From positions 1 through 64,000 of IMG/VR virus record IMGVR_UViG_3300030085_002431: a stretch of DNA of 64,000 nucleotides; one strand, written 5' to 3'. Of the stretch, positions 46,902 through 56,834 are shown one piece after another. Below the pieces are notes generated by a model that ran no database searches, was not told the origin of the DNA, and saw nothing but the letters and a program-made list of their open reading frames with translations. Position 1 is the stretch's first letter. Every line of letters begins with the position of its first letter. Made by a program: the position numbers and the translations under genes.

Positions 46902-49900
46902 ATGGCAGACTTTAGACTTGGAAGACTAAAATTCAACTGGAGAGGTGACTGGGTAGCAGGAACCGCTTACGTCATCGATGACATCGTAAAGTTTGGTGCA
47001 AATACTTACGTCTGTACCACCAATCATACTTCCGTCACTGATGAAACTACCTGGTATACCACTGACCTAACAAAGTGGTCACTCCACACTGAAGGTATAA
47101 GAGATCGTGGCACTTGGTCAAGTGGTGTTTTTTACAAAATCAATGACCTTGTTACCTATGGAAATACTTCCTATCGTGTAACAACCGCATTTACCTCAAC
47201 AGCACCATTCTCAACAACTTATCTTGTTGAGTATCTCAGAGGATTTGAGTATGAAGATTCTTGGAATAGTTCAACTGAGTATCAGCAAGGTGATGTTGTA
47301 AACTATGGTGGTTATTCATACATTGCTACCAGCATTAATACAAATAAACCACCATCAGATTATCTCTCAGCAGATTGGGATGTAATTACAACAGGTTTTG
47401 ACGTAGTTGGTGCTTATAGTACTACTACAAACTACAAACCAGGTGATGTTGTTCAACGTGGTGGTTATGCTTACGTTGCAATCACAACTTCAATAAATGT
47501 AGAACCAACTCAAACTGGAAGTTGGGACCTTATTGTTAAGGGTATTGATTGGAAAGGTGCTTTCAGCACATCTACCACTTATCAATTGGGTGACGCAGTA
47601 AGTAGAAATAGTAATTCTTATATTAGTGTTGCATCAACTAACACTGGTAATGACCCAGCAACTGATGCTACTGGTGAATACTGGAATCCTCTAACTCAGG
47701 GTTCTGAAACCAATGTCATGACCACTGGTGGTGACATCATTTATCAGTCTGGTGCTGGTCCTACAAGATTACCAGTTGGTGCTGGTGGTTCAGTTCTTAC
47801 TGTTTCTAGTGCTGGATATCCACAATGGGAATCAAATAATGTAACTGATCCTGTTTATTATGTTGCAGAAGAGGGTAGTGATACCAATACTGGTGAAAAT
47901 ATTTCAAATGCATTTGCATCACTAGGTAAAGCACTATCGGTTGCAACTGGAAATGCAACAATTTATGTAAAAGCAGGTGATTACAACGAGACACTACCAC
48001 TAGTAGTGCCTTCTTCTGTAACTGTTGTTGGTGATAACATCAGAACAACAAAAATTAAAGCAGCTAGTGGAAGTGGAAACCACTGGGATATTGGATTAAA
48101 TATCGCAATTACTGATATTACTTTTGGTTCAGTTATTACCTTCTCAAATGGTGCTAGAGGAACATATATTGATTCCGATGCCCATGATAAAAATATTGAG
48201 ATTATCCGTAATATCAATTATCCAGCACCTTCACCATCAACAACAATAACCCACGTTGATAACGTACCATATAATACTAACGTTGTTACTGTAACAACAG
48301 CAGCAAATAGAACAAATGCACAATCCAAGATGTTCTTGGTTAGTGATAAGACAATGCTTAAAGACCTCCAGATGGAAGGTCTAACTGGATATCAAGTAGC
48401 AGGTACTGCATATTCGGCATCTGGTTCTATTAGTGGAACTACTCTAACTTCATCAAATCTAATTTCGGATTTGATTGGAACAACAGTTACTGGTTCTGGT
48501 GTTTCTGCAGCAACTAAAATTGTTAATGTTCTCAATTCAACCACTGCAGAAGTAAGTGTTTCCCAGACCGTTGGTTCTACTACACTTACATTTACTGCAC
48601 CTCCTCAGGACATTAATAATGCAACAGTTAGGGGTATCTTTGTTTCATTGAACCCTTCTACACCAATCACTAAGTCTCCTTACATCTCACAGTGTTCGGC
48701 ATTCTCAACTGCTGGCATGGGTGCGAAAGTTGATGGAAGAGTCCATAGAGCATTCCCACCAGGTAGTTCAACTCCTTCTAATAAGTCAATTGTTTTTGAC
48801 TCATTCACCAACATTCACGATGAGGGTGTTTCTTTCTGGGTTACTAACAATGGTGCTGCAGAATTCGTTTCTTGCTTCAGTTACTATGCTCATATTTCTT
48901 ATGCAGCAACTCGTGGTGGAAGAATCCGTTCACTCGCAGGTAACTCTTCTTGGGGAACTTATGGACTTGTAAGTTCTGGTTACAACGCAGATGAAGCTCC
49001 AGTAAATGGAGTTGTTGAAGGTCTTCAACTTAAGTTTGCTGCTTCTACAGTTACTGGTACAGGATTTGTTGAAGGTGGTAGAATTATTGGTAGTACTTCA
49101 GGTGCTCAAGGACATATTAATTCCTCACAATCTGAAAAACTAATCTATTCATTGATTTCTGCTGGACCTCTTGGTGTTGGTACTGGATTTGCAATGGGTG
49201 AAACCATTACTGCATCTAACGGAACAACAGCAACACTTCTTTCTAATACTGATGCTAACACTGGTATTAATGGATTTACATTCCCAATGTCTGGATTGCC
49301 ATCTACTTTAGAAGAAGGTGGTAGTGTTGAATTCATTACTGGTTCTGGTAATGGTGGTATTAATAATCAAACAGTTACTGGTGCTGACCAATTCACTTAT
49401 GTTGTTTCAAATGTAAGTTACAACGCACCAGATGGTAGAGGGGATTTAGCAGTTACTAGAGGAGCATTGGGTTCTGTTGCTGCTGGTCACACTGGTGGTA
49501 CAACATTCATCACTTCATATCCAGAAACTGGTACTACAGAAACACTATTGACTGCTGCTGCACCAAGTGATACAACAATTTTCGTTTCTAGTTCTTCTGG
49601 ATTCGTACAAAATGGATTTGCAAAAGTTGGTGATGAACTAATGCAAGTCACTAATATTCTTTCTAGTACTTCACTTGAAGTTACTAGAGCTGCACAAGGT
49701 TCTGGTTCTGCTGGTTCTTATAATTCAGGTGCTCCTGTTGTTTCTATTGGTCAATCTGTAGCAGTTTCTTCTGAGTTGTTTAAGGATACTGTAAGTGGTG
49801 ATACAACTCTTCGTGTAAAACCAACTACTGGATTTACAACATCAATGTACATCAAGATTGATTCTGAGTTTATTGATGTTAACTCAGTAACTGCAGATAG

Positions 49901-50432
49901 TCTTGGTCAATCTATCGTTGTTCTTGCTGAAGAAAAAGCAGCAAAGGCATATGATGGACAAGCAGTTAAGATTAGATTCCTGTATTCACAGGGAAGATTC
50001 ACAGGTCACGACTTCTTACAAGTTGGTACTGGTGGAACTTCAACAACAAATTGGCCTGGTATTCCTACACAGGATCCAGTACAAACACAGGAAGTTGTTG
50101 AAGATTTCCCAGGTCGTGTTTTCTACGTATCTGCTGACTCTAACGGTAACTTCCGTGTTGGTAAGTACTTTAAGGTTAATCAGGCAACTGGTTCTGCAAC
50201 CTTGAATGCTTCCGCATTCGACCTATCTGGTCTGACCTCCTTGAGACTTGGTTCAATTGGTGCTCAGTTGGGTGCTCAAATTAATGAGTTCTCAACAGAT
50301 ACTACACTTTCTCAGAACAGTAATGAGAAGGTTCCTACTCAGGCAGCAGTTAAGGCATACATCGACAATGCTGACGCATCTACCAAGAAGACCGCACAGA
50401 GTGAGGGTTACTTCTTCGGTAATAGCCTCTGA
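46902..50432 (+). CDS. long tail-fibre/tailspike-like protein
   Basis: MADFRLGRLKFNWRGDW start; about five WxxxxxYxxxDxVxYxG modules; pectin-lyase-like start (GSDTNTGENISNAFASL...IYVKAGDYNE.LPLVVP); C-terminal INEFSTDTTLSQNSNEKVPTQAAVKAYID. Confidence 0.82.
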   Translation: MADFRLGRLKFNWRGDWVAGTAYVIDDIVKFGANTYVCTTNHTSVTDETTWYTTDLTKWSLHTEGIRDRGTWSSGVFYKINDLVTYGNTSYRVTTAFTSTAPFSTTYLVEYLRGFEYEDSWNSSTEYQQGDVVNYGGYSYIATSINTNKPPSDYLSADWDVITTGFDVVGAYSTTTNYKPGDVVQRGGYAYVAITTSINVEPTQTGSWDLIVKGIDWKGAFSTSTTYQLGDAVSRNSNSYISVASTNTGNDPATDATGEYWNPLTQGSETNVMTTGGDIIYQSGAGPTRLPVGAGGSVLTVSSAGYPQWESNNVTDPVYYVAEEGSDTNTGENISNAFASLGKALSVATGNATIYVKAGDYNETLPLVVPSSVTVVGDNIRTTKIKAASGSGNHWDIGLNIAITDITFGSVITFSNGARGTYIDSDAHDKNIEIIRNINYPAPSPSTTITHVDNVPYNTNVVTVTTAANRTNAQSKMFLVSDKTMLKDLQMEGLTGYQVAGTAYSASGSISGTTLTSSNLISDLIGTTVTGSGVSAATKIVNVLNSTTAEVSVSQTVGSTTLTFTAPPQDINNATVRGIFVSLNPSTPITKSPYISQCSAFSTAGMGAKVDGRVHRAFPPGSSTPSNKSIVFDSFTNIHDEGVSFWVTNNGAAEFVSCFSYYAHISYAATRGGRIRSLAGNSSWGTYGLVSSGYNADEAPVNGVVEGLQLKFAASTVTGTGFVEGGRIIGSTSGAQGHINSSQSEKLIYSLISAGPLGVGTGFAMGETITASNGTTATLLSNTDANTGINGFTFPMSGLPSTLEEGGSVEFITGSGNGGINNQTVTGADQFTYVVSNVSYNAPDGRGDLAVTRGALGSVAAGHTGGTTFITSYPETGTTETLLTAAAPSDTTIFVSSSSGFVQNGFAKVGDELMQVTNILSSTSLEVTRAAQGSGSAGSYNSGAPVVSIGQSVAVSSELFKDTVSGDTTLRVKPTTGFTTSMYIKIDSEFIDVNSVTADSLGQSIVVLAEEKAAKAYDGQAVKIRFLYSQGRFTGHDFLQVGTGGTSTTNWPGIPTQDPVQTQEVVEDFPGRVFYVSADSNGNFRVGKYFKVNQATGSATLNASAFDLSGLTSLRLGSIGAQLGAQINEFSTDTTLSQNSNEKVPTQAAVKAYIDNADASTKKTAQSEGYFFGNSL

Positions 50433-50457
50433 ACTAAATAATATTATCAAATAAATA
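50433..50457 (+). promoter_or_regulatory. tandem T4-type late promoters (ACTAAATA 50433-50440; AATAAATA 50450-50457)
   Basis: Intergenic, upstream of ATG 50483. Confidence 0.65.
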
Positions 50458-50482
50458 CTAGTATAGGAAAGAGTATTGTAAA

Positions 50483-50803
50483 ATGGCTTCTGGAATTTTA
50501 GGACAATCCGCCCCTTCGGCAACTACTTTGACAACTGTTTATACAGTACCAAGTAGCACTCATTCTGTTGCGAACATTAACGTTCTTAATCGTAGTGCAT
50601 CAGCACCTGTAGATGTGAGAATTGCTTTATCTGCAACTGGAACACCTACATCAGCAGAGTACATCGAATATGATGTTTCTATTCCTGCTAAGGGTGTTAT
50701 GGAAAGAACTGCAATTTCATTGCAAGCAGGAAAGAACATTGTCGTTTATTGCTCTACTGGAGACACTTCTATCAGTGTCTACGGATTAGAGCAATCTGCT
50801 TGA
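50483..50803 (+). CDS. small beta-rich virion/fibre-associated protein
   Basis: TTVYTVP...ANINVLNRS...VRIAL...EYIEYDVSIP; a similar domain occurs twice in the 62717 ORF. Confidence 0.78.
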   Translation: MASGILGQSAPSATTLTTVYTVPSSTHSVANINVLNRSASAPVDVRIALSATGTPTSAEYIEYDVSIPAKGVMERTAISLQAGKNIVVYCSTGDTSISVYGLEQSA

Positions 50804-50815
50804 TAGGAGGGACCA

Positions 50816-51085
50816 ATGGGAAGATTCGTAGGTTTATCCATCAATAAAGGTGGAGGCGGTGGTGGTAGGCCACTTAATGAGGAGTTTACAAGAGCAACGG
50901 GTATCACTACCGACTCTAGTAACAATGTTACAGCAGTTACATTAGGTGATGTTTCCTATACTAATGTTGGTTATAGCACTGTTGGACTAATCACAGGATT
51001 CACTGAAAATGTCGGTGGTGTCACTAAGGTTTATCAACTGACTTATAATAGTGATAACTATGTTACAAATATTACGGAGGTATAA
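50816..51085 (+). CDS. small hypothetical protein (89 aa)
   Basis: GGAGG RBS at 50806; Gly run then Thr/Val beta-strands. Confidence 0.72.
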   Translation: MGRFVGLSINKGGGGGGRPLNEEFTRATGITTDSSNNVTAVTLGDVSYTNVGYSTVGLITGFTENVGGVTKVYQLTYNSDNYVTNITEV

Positions 51086-51088
51086 TTC

Positions 51089-52147
51089 GTGGCAGACGTA
51101 TTACTCTATAACTCATTAAACGATTCAAATAATGAGTATGCTAAAAGGTTGGATGACATTGATACCAACATGGCAGCAGAACAAGCTCGTGTTACTGCGG
51201 CTCAAACAAAATTAGATGTTGCTAATGCACAACTTGCTTCTGGTGGTGTAACTGGTAACTTCAGTCTTTGGTGTCTAATTCCAGAAGAGCCAGCAGATGG
51301 TTCTACATGGACTAGTGGAACAAGTTGTGGTTCTCTTAAGGTTTGTGATCAAACTGGATACTACCGTTGTGGTGCATCCTGTTCCTGGACAGTTCCAGCT
51401 GGTGCATCTTGTGCCAGATTCCAACTTTGGGGTGCTGGTGCTCCATCAGGAAGTAGTTGCTGTTGCGGTTTCTCTCCAATTGGTGGCAATGGTGCATATG
51501 CTTCTGTCATTATGTCAGTTACACCTGGAGACACATACACTCTATGTGCTGGTTGTGCATATTGTTGCTATGCAACAAGAAGTACATCAAATCAGGATGG
51601 ATGTCCTTCATACGTTCAGGGAAATGGACTTACTAACTTCTGTGCAGAAGGTGGTGAAGGAAATATCCAATGTGAAATGAAGACAAGGATGCAGGAAGGT
51701 AACCTCAATTCAGATTACTGTATGTACTTAGGTGCATGTATCTGTAATGGTGGTTCCGATACTTGCTATACGGGTGGACATACTTGCCAGATTGGTTGTA
51801 ACGATAACCAATGGTCTAATAAGTATGGATTCTTCCGTTCATGCAAAACATATTATGGAACATCAACTAGTGGAACTGTTTTTGGTATTAATGGTATGTT
51901 TAGTGCTATTTCTGCTGGTCACCGTGCATGTGTATATTATTGGTCAGCACCAGTTTATGGTTACCCAACTAACTCATGCTGCACAGGAGTATGGACTAGT
52001 GGTTGTGGTGGATGCGAACGTTCCGCACAGAGAGGATATCGTCAGATTCCAGGAGCAGGTGGATGGGGTAGCATGACAGACGGTGGTTGTAATACCGTTT
52101 GTGGTGATGCTGGAAGAATGGGCATGGTCTGTGTCACTTGGAAGTGA
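51089..52147 (+). CDS. Cys-rich, Gly-rich adhesin-like protein A (GTG start)
   Basis: GGAGG 8 nt before GTG; N-terminal coiled coil; WTVPAGxxCARFQLWGAG; about 31 Cys by manual count. Confidence 0.8.
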   Translation: MADVLLYNSLNDSNNEYAKRLDDIDTNMAAEQARVTAAQTKLDVANAQLASGGVTGNFSLWCLIPEEPADGSTWTSGTSCGSLKVCDQTGYYRCGASCSWTVPAGASCARFQLWGAGAPSGSSCCCGFSPIGGNGAYASVIMSVTPGDTYTLCAGCAYCCYATRSTSNQDGCPSYVQGNGLTNFCAEGGEGNIQCEMKTRMQEGNLNSDYCMYLGACICNGGSDTCYTGGHTCQIGCNDNQWSNKYGFFRSCKTYYGTSTSGTVFGINGMFSAISAGHRACVYYWSAPVYGYPTNSCCTGVWTSGCGGCERSAQRGYRQIPGAGGWGSMTDGGCNTVCGDAGRMGMVCVTWK

Positions 52148-52163
52148 TTTAATAGATATAGTT

Positions 52164-52171
52164 TATAAATA
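52164..52171 (+). promoter_or_regulatory. T4 late promoter, perfect consensus TATAAATA
   Basis: Intergenic, upstream of GGGGA RBS and ATG 52215. Confidence 0.85.
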
Positions 52172-52214
52172 ATCATACACAGAAGAATTTAGTTCAACAC
52201 AGGGGAAACTAACA

Positions 52215-52898
52215 ATGATAACGGAAAGTTTAACATATGCTGTTCCAGATGTTGCTTTTGTAGCAGGCATTTCTGGCAGTGTTACTCAAGACTTCCCATA
52301 TAATGGCCCAGAAAGCTTTTATGTGGAAATTGATGATGAGGGAGAAATCGTAAATATCGATGTTCCCTCAACACATAAAAATGCAATAGAGGTTACCTGG
52401 GCAGATAACCCAGAAATCTGTGCATTAGTTGGTCATTATTTTGTTGAAGATTGGAATGTAACACCTACTTTCGTCTCTGCTGATCTTGATGATGGATTTA
52501 CTCTTCCATCTGGTACTCCAACTACTTATCAAAAGAGAACTAATTATGAACTTGGTGACCTCTTCGAGGCCAAATATGATAGAGCAGCAGGAACCTGGTC
52601 AATGGAACAGATTGTCAAGCTAAAGGGTAGTCCTCTAATTGAAGAAGCAAAGAGAAGAAAGAGATATGTCAAGCAATATACTGACATGTTTGACTTTGCT
52701 GGTGATACTGGAACAGCAATTACTGCATTCCAAACAGCAATAGATAACTATCTTGCTGCTGCAGTATCAGTCCCTGTGTGGAACTATCTTCCTGAGCATT
52801 TTGCTCCTTACTTTGCTGATATCCCTAAAGTTCCTGCTCTTGCAGCAGCAGCATTTAAAGAACTTCCTGCAGATGAATCATTGGAGGCACTTAGCTGA
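52215..52898 (+). CDS. hypothetical protein between the two Cys-rich paralogues
   Basis: 227 aa, acidic, one Cys; TGA overlaps the next ATG. Confidence 0.8.
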   Translation: MITESLTYAVPDVAFVAGISGSVTQDFPYNGPESFYVEIDDEGEIVNIDVPSTHKNAIEVTWADNPEICALVGHYFVEDWNVTPTFVSADLDDGFTLPSGTPTTYQKRTNYELGDLFEAKYDRAAGTWSMEQIVKLKGSPLIEEAKRRKRYVKQYTDMFDFAGDTGTAITAFQTAIDNYLAAAVSVPVWNYLPEHFAPYFADIPKVPALAAAAFKELPADESLEALS

Positions 52899-53941
52899 TG
52901 GACGTATTAGCATATAGCGCATTTAATAGAAGGGCAGAACTTGATGCCCAAGTAACAGCTAAAGAGGTTCAACTAGAAGCTCTTAGGCAGTGTGTCAGAG
53001 ACATTGATGCCCAAGTAACATCTAGAGAGGCAGCAGCAAGCTGGTTATCGAGTGGTGAGTATTCAATGCTCTGCTGTCCTCATAAATTTTCAGATTATGA
53101 AACTTTAATTGAAAATTACGAACTTTCTACTGAAAATAATGGATTTAAAGTTTGTAATACACAATCTCAATTTAACTGTGGTAATAGCTGTACTTGGACA
53201 GTTCCAGCTGGTGTAACTTGTGCCAGATTCCAACTTTGGGGTGCTGGTGGTGGTTCTGGATCTGGATGCTGCTGTGGTGGTTCACCATTTGGTTCATCTG
53301 CAGCATATGCAACAGTTTCTTTACCAGTCGTAGAAGGTTGTCAATATACAATTTGTTCTGGTTGTTCATATTGTTGCTTCCCCACTACTGGAACTTGTGG
53401 AAGACTTCCTGGTTGCCCATCCTACGTTCAGGGACACGGATTAACTAATTTCTGTGCAGATGGTGGTCAAGGAAGAATTGGAACCATGTTTGCAATGTAT
53501 GGTCACCGTTGCAGGTGCAGAATGCAGAACATTCAGTGTAATGATTCTGGTGGTTGTATCTGCAGTTTCGGTGCAGATTATTGCTTCGATAATTCCTGTG
53601 CATCTTGCGGTAAGATTGGATGCTTTATCCCTGGTGCTATGTACTTTGGTGCAGCACACTGTGGATCAGTTGTTAGGGGTGTCCGTGGCATGTGGCCTGA
53701 GATTTGCTACGATACAAACCACTACGGTTACGAAATGAGACCACCAATGTACGGTCTTCACTGCTGCCTCTGGTGTTTCCCTTATAGTAGTGGTTATTGC
53801 TGTGGTTGCGAGTGCTCAGCATCCCGTGGATGCCACCGATATCCAGGAATGGGTGGTTGGGCATCTCACACAATGAGTGGTGCTACTGGTATCTGTGGTG
53901 ATATGGGTAGAATGGGTATGGTTTGCATTACCTATTGCTGA
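52898..53941 (+). CDS. Cys-rich, Gly-rich adhesin-like protein B (paralogue of 51089-52147)
   Basis: Same WTVPAG..CARFQLWGAG, GCPSYVQG.GLTNFCA.GG and CGD.GRMGMVC blocks; about 40 Cys by manual count. Confidence 0.8.
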   Translation: MDVLAYSAFNRRAELDAQVTAKEVQLEALRQCVRDIDAQVTSREAAASWLSSGEYSMLCCPHKFSDYETLIENYELSTENNGFKVCNTQSQFNCGNSCTWTVPAGVTCARFQLWGAGGGSGSGCCCGGSPFGSSAAYATVSLPVVEGCQYTICSGCSYCCFPTTGTCGRLPGCPSYVQGHGLTNFCADGGQGRIGTMFAMYGHRCRCRMQNIQCNDSGGCICSFGADYCFDNSCASCGKIGCFIPGAMYFGAAHCGSVVRGVRGMWPEICYDTNHYGYEMRPPMYGLHCCLWCFPYSSGYCCGCECSASRGCHRYPGMGGWASHTMSGATGICGDMGRMGMVCITYC

Positions 53942-53962
53942 TAATCACCTTTGACTTTCTGG

Positions 53963-53970
53963 TATAAATA
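53963..53970 (+). promoter_or_regulatory. T4 late promoter, perfect consensus TATAAATA
   Basis: Heads the glycosyltransferase-carbamoyltransferase-heptose operon. Confidence 0.85.
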
Positions 53971-54012
53971 GGAGTATCAGAAATTTATATTACTTGATTG
54001 GAGTATTTGTTC

Positions 54013-55107
54013 ATGGAGAAAGCATTTTTCATCAATGGTGGAGCAGGGAGAGTTCTCTGCTCCATTCCTGCGCTTGAGCATTATGCGGAAACACATGATG
54101 ACTTTGTAATTGTTGCAGAGTCATGGGGAGAGTTTTATGCAATGAGTCCAAAGCTCAGAGAAAAAGCATTTCCAATTCATCATAAGGGACTATTTAAGGA
54201 CCACCTTAGGGATAAAGAAATCATATCACCAGAACCATATCGTTTGAATGCTTATTTCAATCAAAAAGCAAATTTGATTCAAGCATTTGATATTCTCATA
54301 AATGGTGAAACTGAAGTTCCACCTACAAAAAAATTATCATTAGATATTAATAAAAAAGACCAAATTGTTGGTCATAATATGATTCAGGAAGTCAAAGAGA
54401 CCTTAAAGAAAGATAAAGTAATTGTATTTCAACCTTTTGGAAGCACTGTAGAGGTGCAAGGTAATTTTATAATTGACAGTAGTGGAAGAAGTTTTGAACT
54501 TTCTAATGTAGTTGAAATAATTAAAGAACTACAAAAAGATTATGGTATAATTATTATGTCTCAAGTTCCTATTCCAGGATGGGAACAAATGGGAGTTGCA
54601 TACCCTAAAGATGTAAGTCTTCTTCAGTGGGCAGGAATTATTAATGCTGCTGATTATTTTCTTGGATGTGACAGTGTTGGTCAACACTTGGCACATGCTG
54701 TAGGGAAACCAGCAACAGTTGTTATTGGGTCAACATTTCCAGAAAACATAACATATCCTGATAATAAGGATTTCAATGTTATCGATTTGGGGTTAAACAA
54801 AAGGTTATATAGTCCAATTAGAATGGTCTTTGATGATACTTCAGACAGAGTAAATGAATCCCTAATGGTAATGAATGAATCTGTTCTTAAAAAAATTAAA
54901 AAAGCAATTAAGGATAAGATTGGAGTAAGTAAAAAAACGGTGATTCCGCAACTTTCTCCTAATACTGATAATACACCATTACCCGTCCTTCCTGGAAAAA
55001 AAGCATCAGTAAAATCATCAACGAACGGATTTTCCCTTCCAGGAAAGCAAATAAATAAAAAGAAACCAATTGATGAAATTCTGGAATTAAACGAAATTAA
55101 AAATTGA
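54013..55107 (+). CDS. GT9-like (ADP-heptose:heptosyltransferase-type) glycosyltransferase
   Basis: INAADYFLGCDSVGQHLAHAVGKPATVVIGST matches the GT9 signature; KVIVFQPFGS. ATG 54013 is preferred over TTG 53998 because GGAG lies at 54000-54003. Confidence 0.72.
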   Translation: MEKAFFINGGAGRVLCSIPALEHYAETHDDFVIVAESWGEFYAMSPKLREKAFPIHHKGLFKDHLRDKEIISPEPYRLNAYFNQKANLIQAFDILINGETEVPPTKKLSLDINKKDQIVGHNMIQEVKETLKKDKVIVFQPFGSTVEVQGNFIIDSSGRSFELSNVVEIIKELQKDYGIIIMSQVPIPGWEQMGVAYPKDVSLLQWAGIINAADYFLGCDSVGQHLAHAVGKPATVVIGSTFPENITYPDNKDFNVIDLGLNKRLYSPIRMVFDDTSDRVNESLMVMNESVLKKIKKAIKDKIGVSKKTVIPQLSPNTDNTPLPVLPGKKASVKSSTNGFSLPGKQINKKKPIDEILELNEIKN

Positions 55108-55118
55108 GGTGAATTTTA

Positions 55119-56822
55119 ATGAGTACTATTGTTGCGTGTAATCGTGGGCATAACTCCGCCACGACGTTAGTTATTGATGGGGAAGTAAAGTTTTATATCG
55201 AAGAAGAACGTCTAACCAGAAGGAAGTATGATGGTGCTCCTTTGGCAGGACTATTGAAGGTATTTGATTATGTTGATGAAGTAGACCATCTTATTGTTTG
55301 TCATACGCATAGAGACGGTCCAAAACTGGACTGGACTAGGGAAGATGTATATGTTGGATTCATCCGAAAGATGATGAAAAACAAACCTTTCCAAGTTCAT
55401 TATGTTGATGAAATTCACCATGAGTTACATGCTGCTTGTGCATTTATTAACTCTGGATTTGAAACTGCTGCATGTTTAAGTGTTGATGGTGCTGGTAGTT
55501 TCCTTAAGAGTGATGCTTTTTCAGAGACAGGATATGAATTTGAAACAATTTTCAGAGCATCATATCCATTACAATTTGAGCAAGTTTATCAACATATCGG
55601 AACTCACTCTCGTGTTGGAATGTTACGTTTGGAGGATACTGAAAATAATTCAACTACAGTAGTAACTGAATATCCAGGTATCACAAAAGCATACGAAGCA
55701 ATCACTGATTACTGCGGTTTTACTTCTATTGAAGCAGGTAAAACCATGGGTCTTTCCCCTTATGGAAGAGAGAATCCTGATATTCCACCTTTTATTACTC
55801 ATGATGGGTGGGTAGATAGGTCAGTATTTACACCAACTTTCCCTAATGGTTCAGTGGTCAATAAAGAAAGATTTGATGCTATTAGAGAGGATTCCAATAT
55901 TCATGAAAAGGGTTCATATACTCAGTTCCAAAAAGATATGGCATATAAAATTCAGAGAGAATCTGAAAAGTATATGTTTAATTTAATCAGAAAAGCACAT
56001 GAGTTGACTGGTGAAACAAACTTTTGTATTGCTGGTGGATTTGGTCTAAATTGTGTTGCAAACTATAAGTATTGGAAAGAATTTCCCGATTTTAACATTT
56101 ATTGTGAACCAATTTCTCATGATGGGGGAACTCCTCTTGGTGCAGCAAAAATGTTGCATCTTAGAGAGATTGATTCATATGAACCACCTGCACCTACTAC
56201 TTCTATATACTATGGTCCACAATACGATCCAGCAACTTATGAGAGTGATTTAGTTGGTCTTGATGTTAAAGATACTTCATATGATGATGTTGCAAAATTA
56301 ATTCGTGAAGGTAATATCGTAACCATTTTTCAAGGCAGGTCTGAGGGTGGTCCTAGAGCACTTGGGAATCGTTCTATCCTATTTGACCCAACTATTCCTG
56401 ATGGAAAAGACATTGTTAATCGTGTGAAAAGGAGAGAATTCTTTAGACCATTTGCTTGCTCTATTAAGAAAGAAGCAGCTTGTGATTGGTTTGACCTTGC
56501 TGGTCGTGAGGAAACACCACATATGATGTATGCTGTAGATGCCCTCCCTGGTGTTGCAGAGAAAGTTCCTTCCGTCATCCATGTGGATGGAACATGTAGA
56601 ATTCAAACTGTTACTCCAGAACAGAATGAGCACTACTATAATCTCATTGATGCTTTTGAAAAATTAAGTGAAGTTCCTATTCTCTTCAATACTTCTTTCA
56701 ATCTTGGTGGTGACCCTCTAGTAGAAACAATTGAAGATGCAGTAAACACATTAAACAAGAGTGATATTGAGTATCTTTATCTCCCAGAAATTCAAAAACT
56801 TGTATACATTCCCAACATTTGA
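55119..56822 (+). CDS. NodU/CmcH/TobZ-family carbamoyltransferase 1 (motifs intact)
   Basis: EEERLTR.K, HHELHA, VDGAG, GKTMGL, GGFGLNCVAN, DGG, QGRSEGGPRALGNRSIL, KRREFFRPFA, HVDGTCRIQTV, NTSFN. Confidence 0.92.
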   Translation: MSTIVACNRGHNSATTLVIDGEVKFYIEEERLTRRKYDGAPLAGLLKVFDYVDEVDHLIVCHTHRDGPKLDWTREDVYVGFIRKMMKNKPFQVHYVDEIHHELHAACAFINSGFETAACLSVDGAGSFLKSDAFSETGYEFETIFRASYPLQFEQVYQHIGTHSRVGMLRLEDTENNSTTVVTEYPGITKAYEAITDYCGFTSIEAGKTMGLSPYGRENPDIPPFITHDGWVDRSVFTPTFPNGSVVNKERFDAIREDSNIHEKGSYTQFQKDMAYKIQRESEKYMFNLIRKAHELTGETNFCIAGGFGLNCVANYKYWKEFPDFNIYCEPISHDGGTPLGAAKMLHLREIDSYEPPAPTTSIYYGPQYDPATYESDLVGLDVKDTSYDDVAKLIREGNIVTIFQGRSEGGPRALGNRSILFDPTIPDGKDIVNRVKRREFFRPFACSIKKEAACDWFDLAGREETPHMMYAVDALPGVAEKVPSVIHVDGTCRIQTVTPEQNEHYYNLIDAFEKLSEVPILFNTSFNLGGDPLVETIEDAVNTLNKSDIEYLYLPEIQKLVYIPNI

Positions 56823-56834
56823 TTTTAAAAAATT

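Noticed and set aside
51089-53941. Diversity-generating retroelement or invertible adhesin cassette
   Set aside because: No reverse transcriptase or recombinase in the window, no adenine-specific TR/VR pair, and the shared blocks are direct rather than inverted repeats.
53930-53944. Selenocysteine recoding in the Cys-rich genes (TGC TGA TAA ending)
   Set aside because: No internal in-frame TGA in either gene and no SECIS-like hairpin seen; a tandem stop is the simpler reading.
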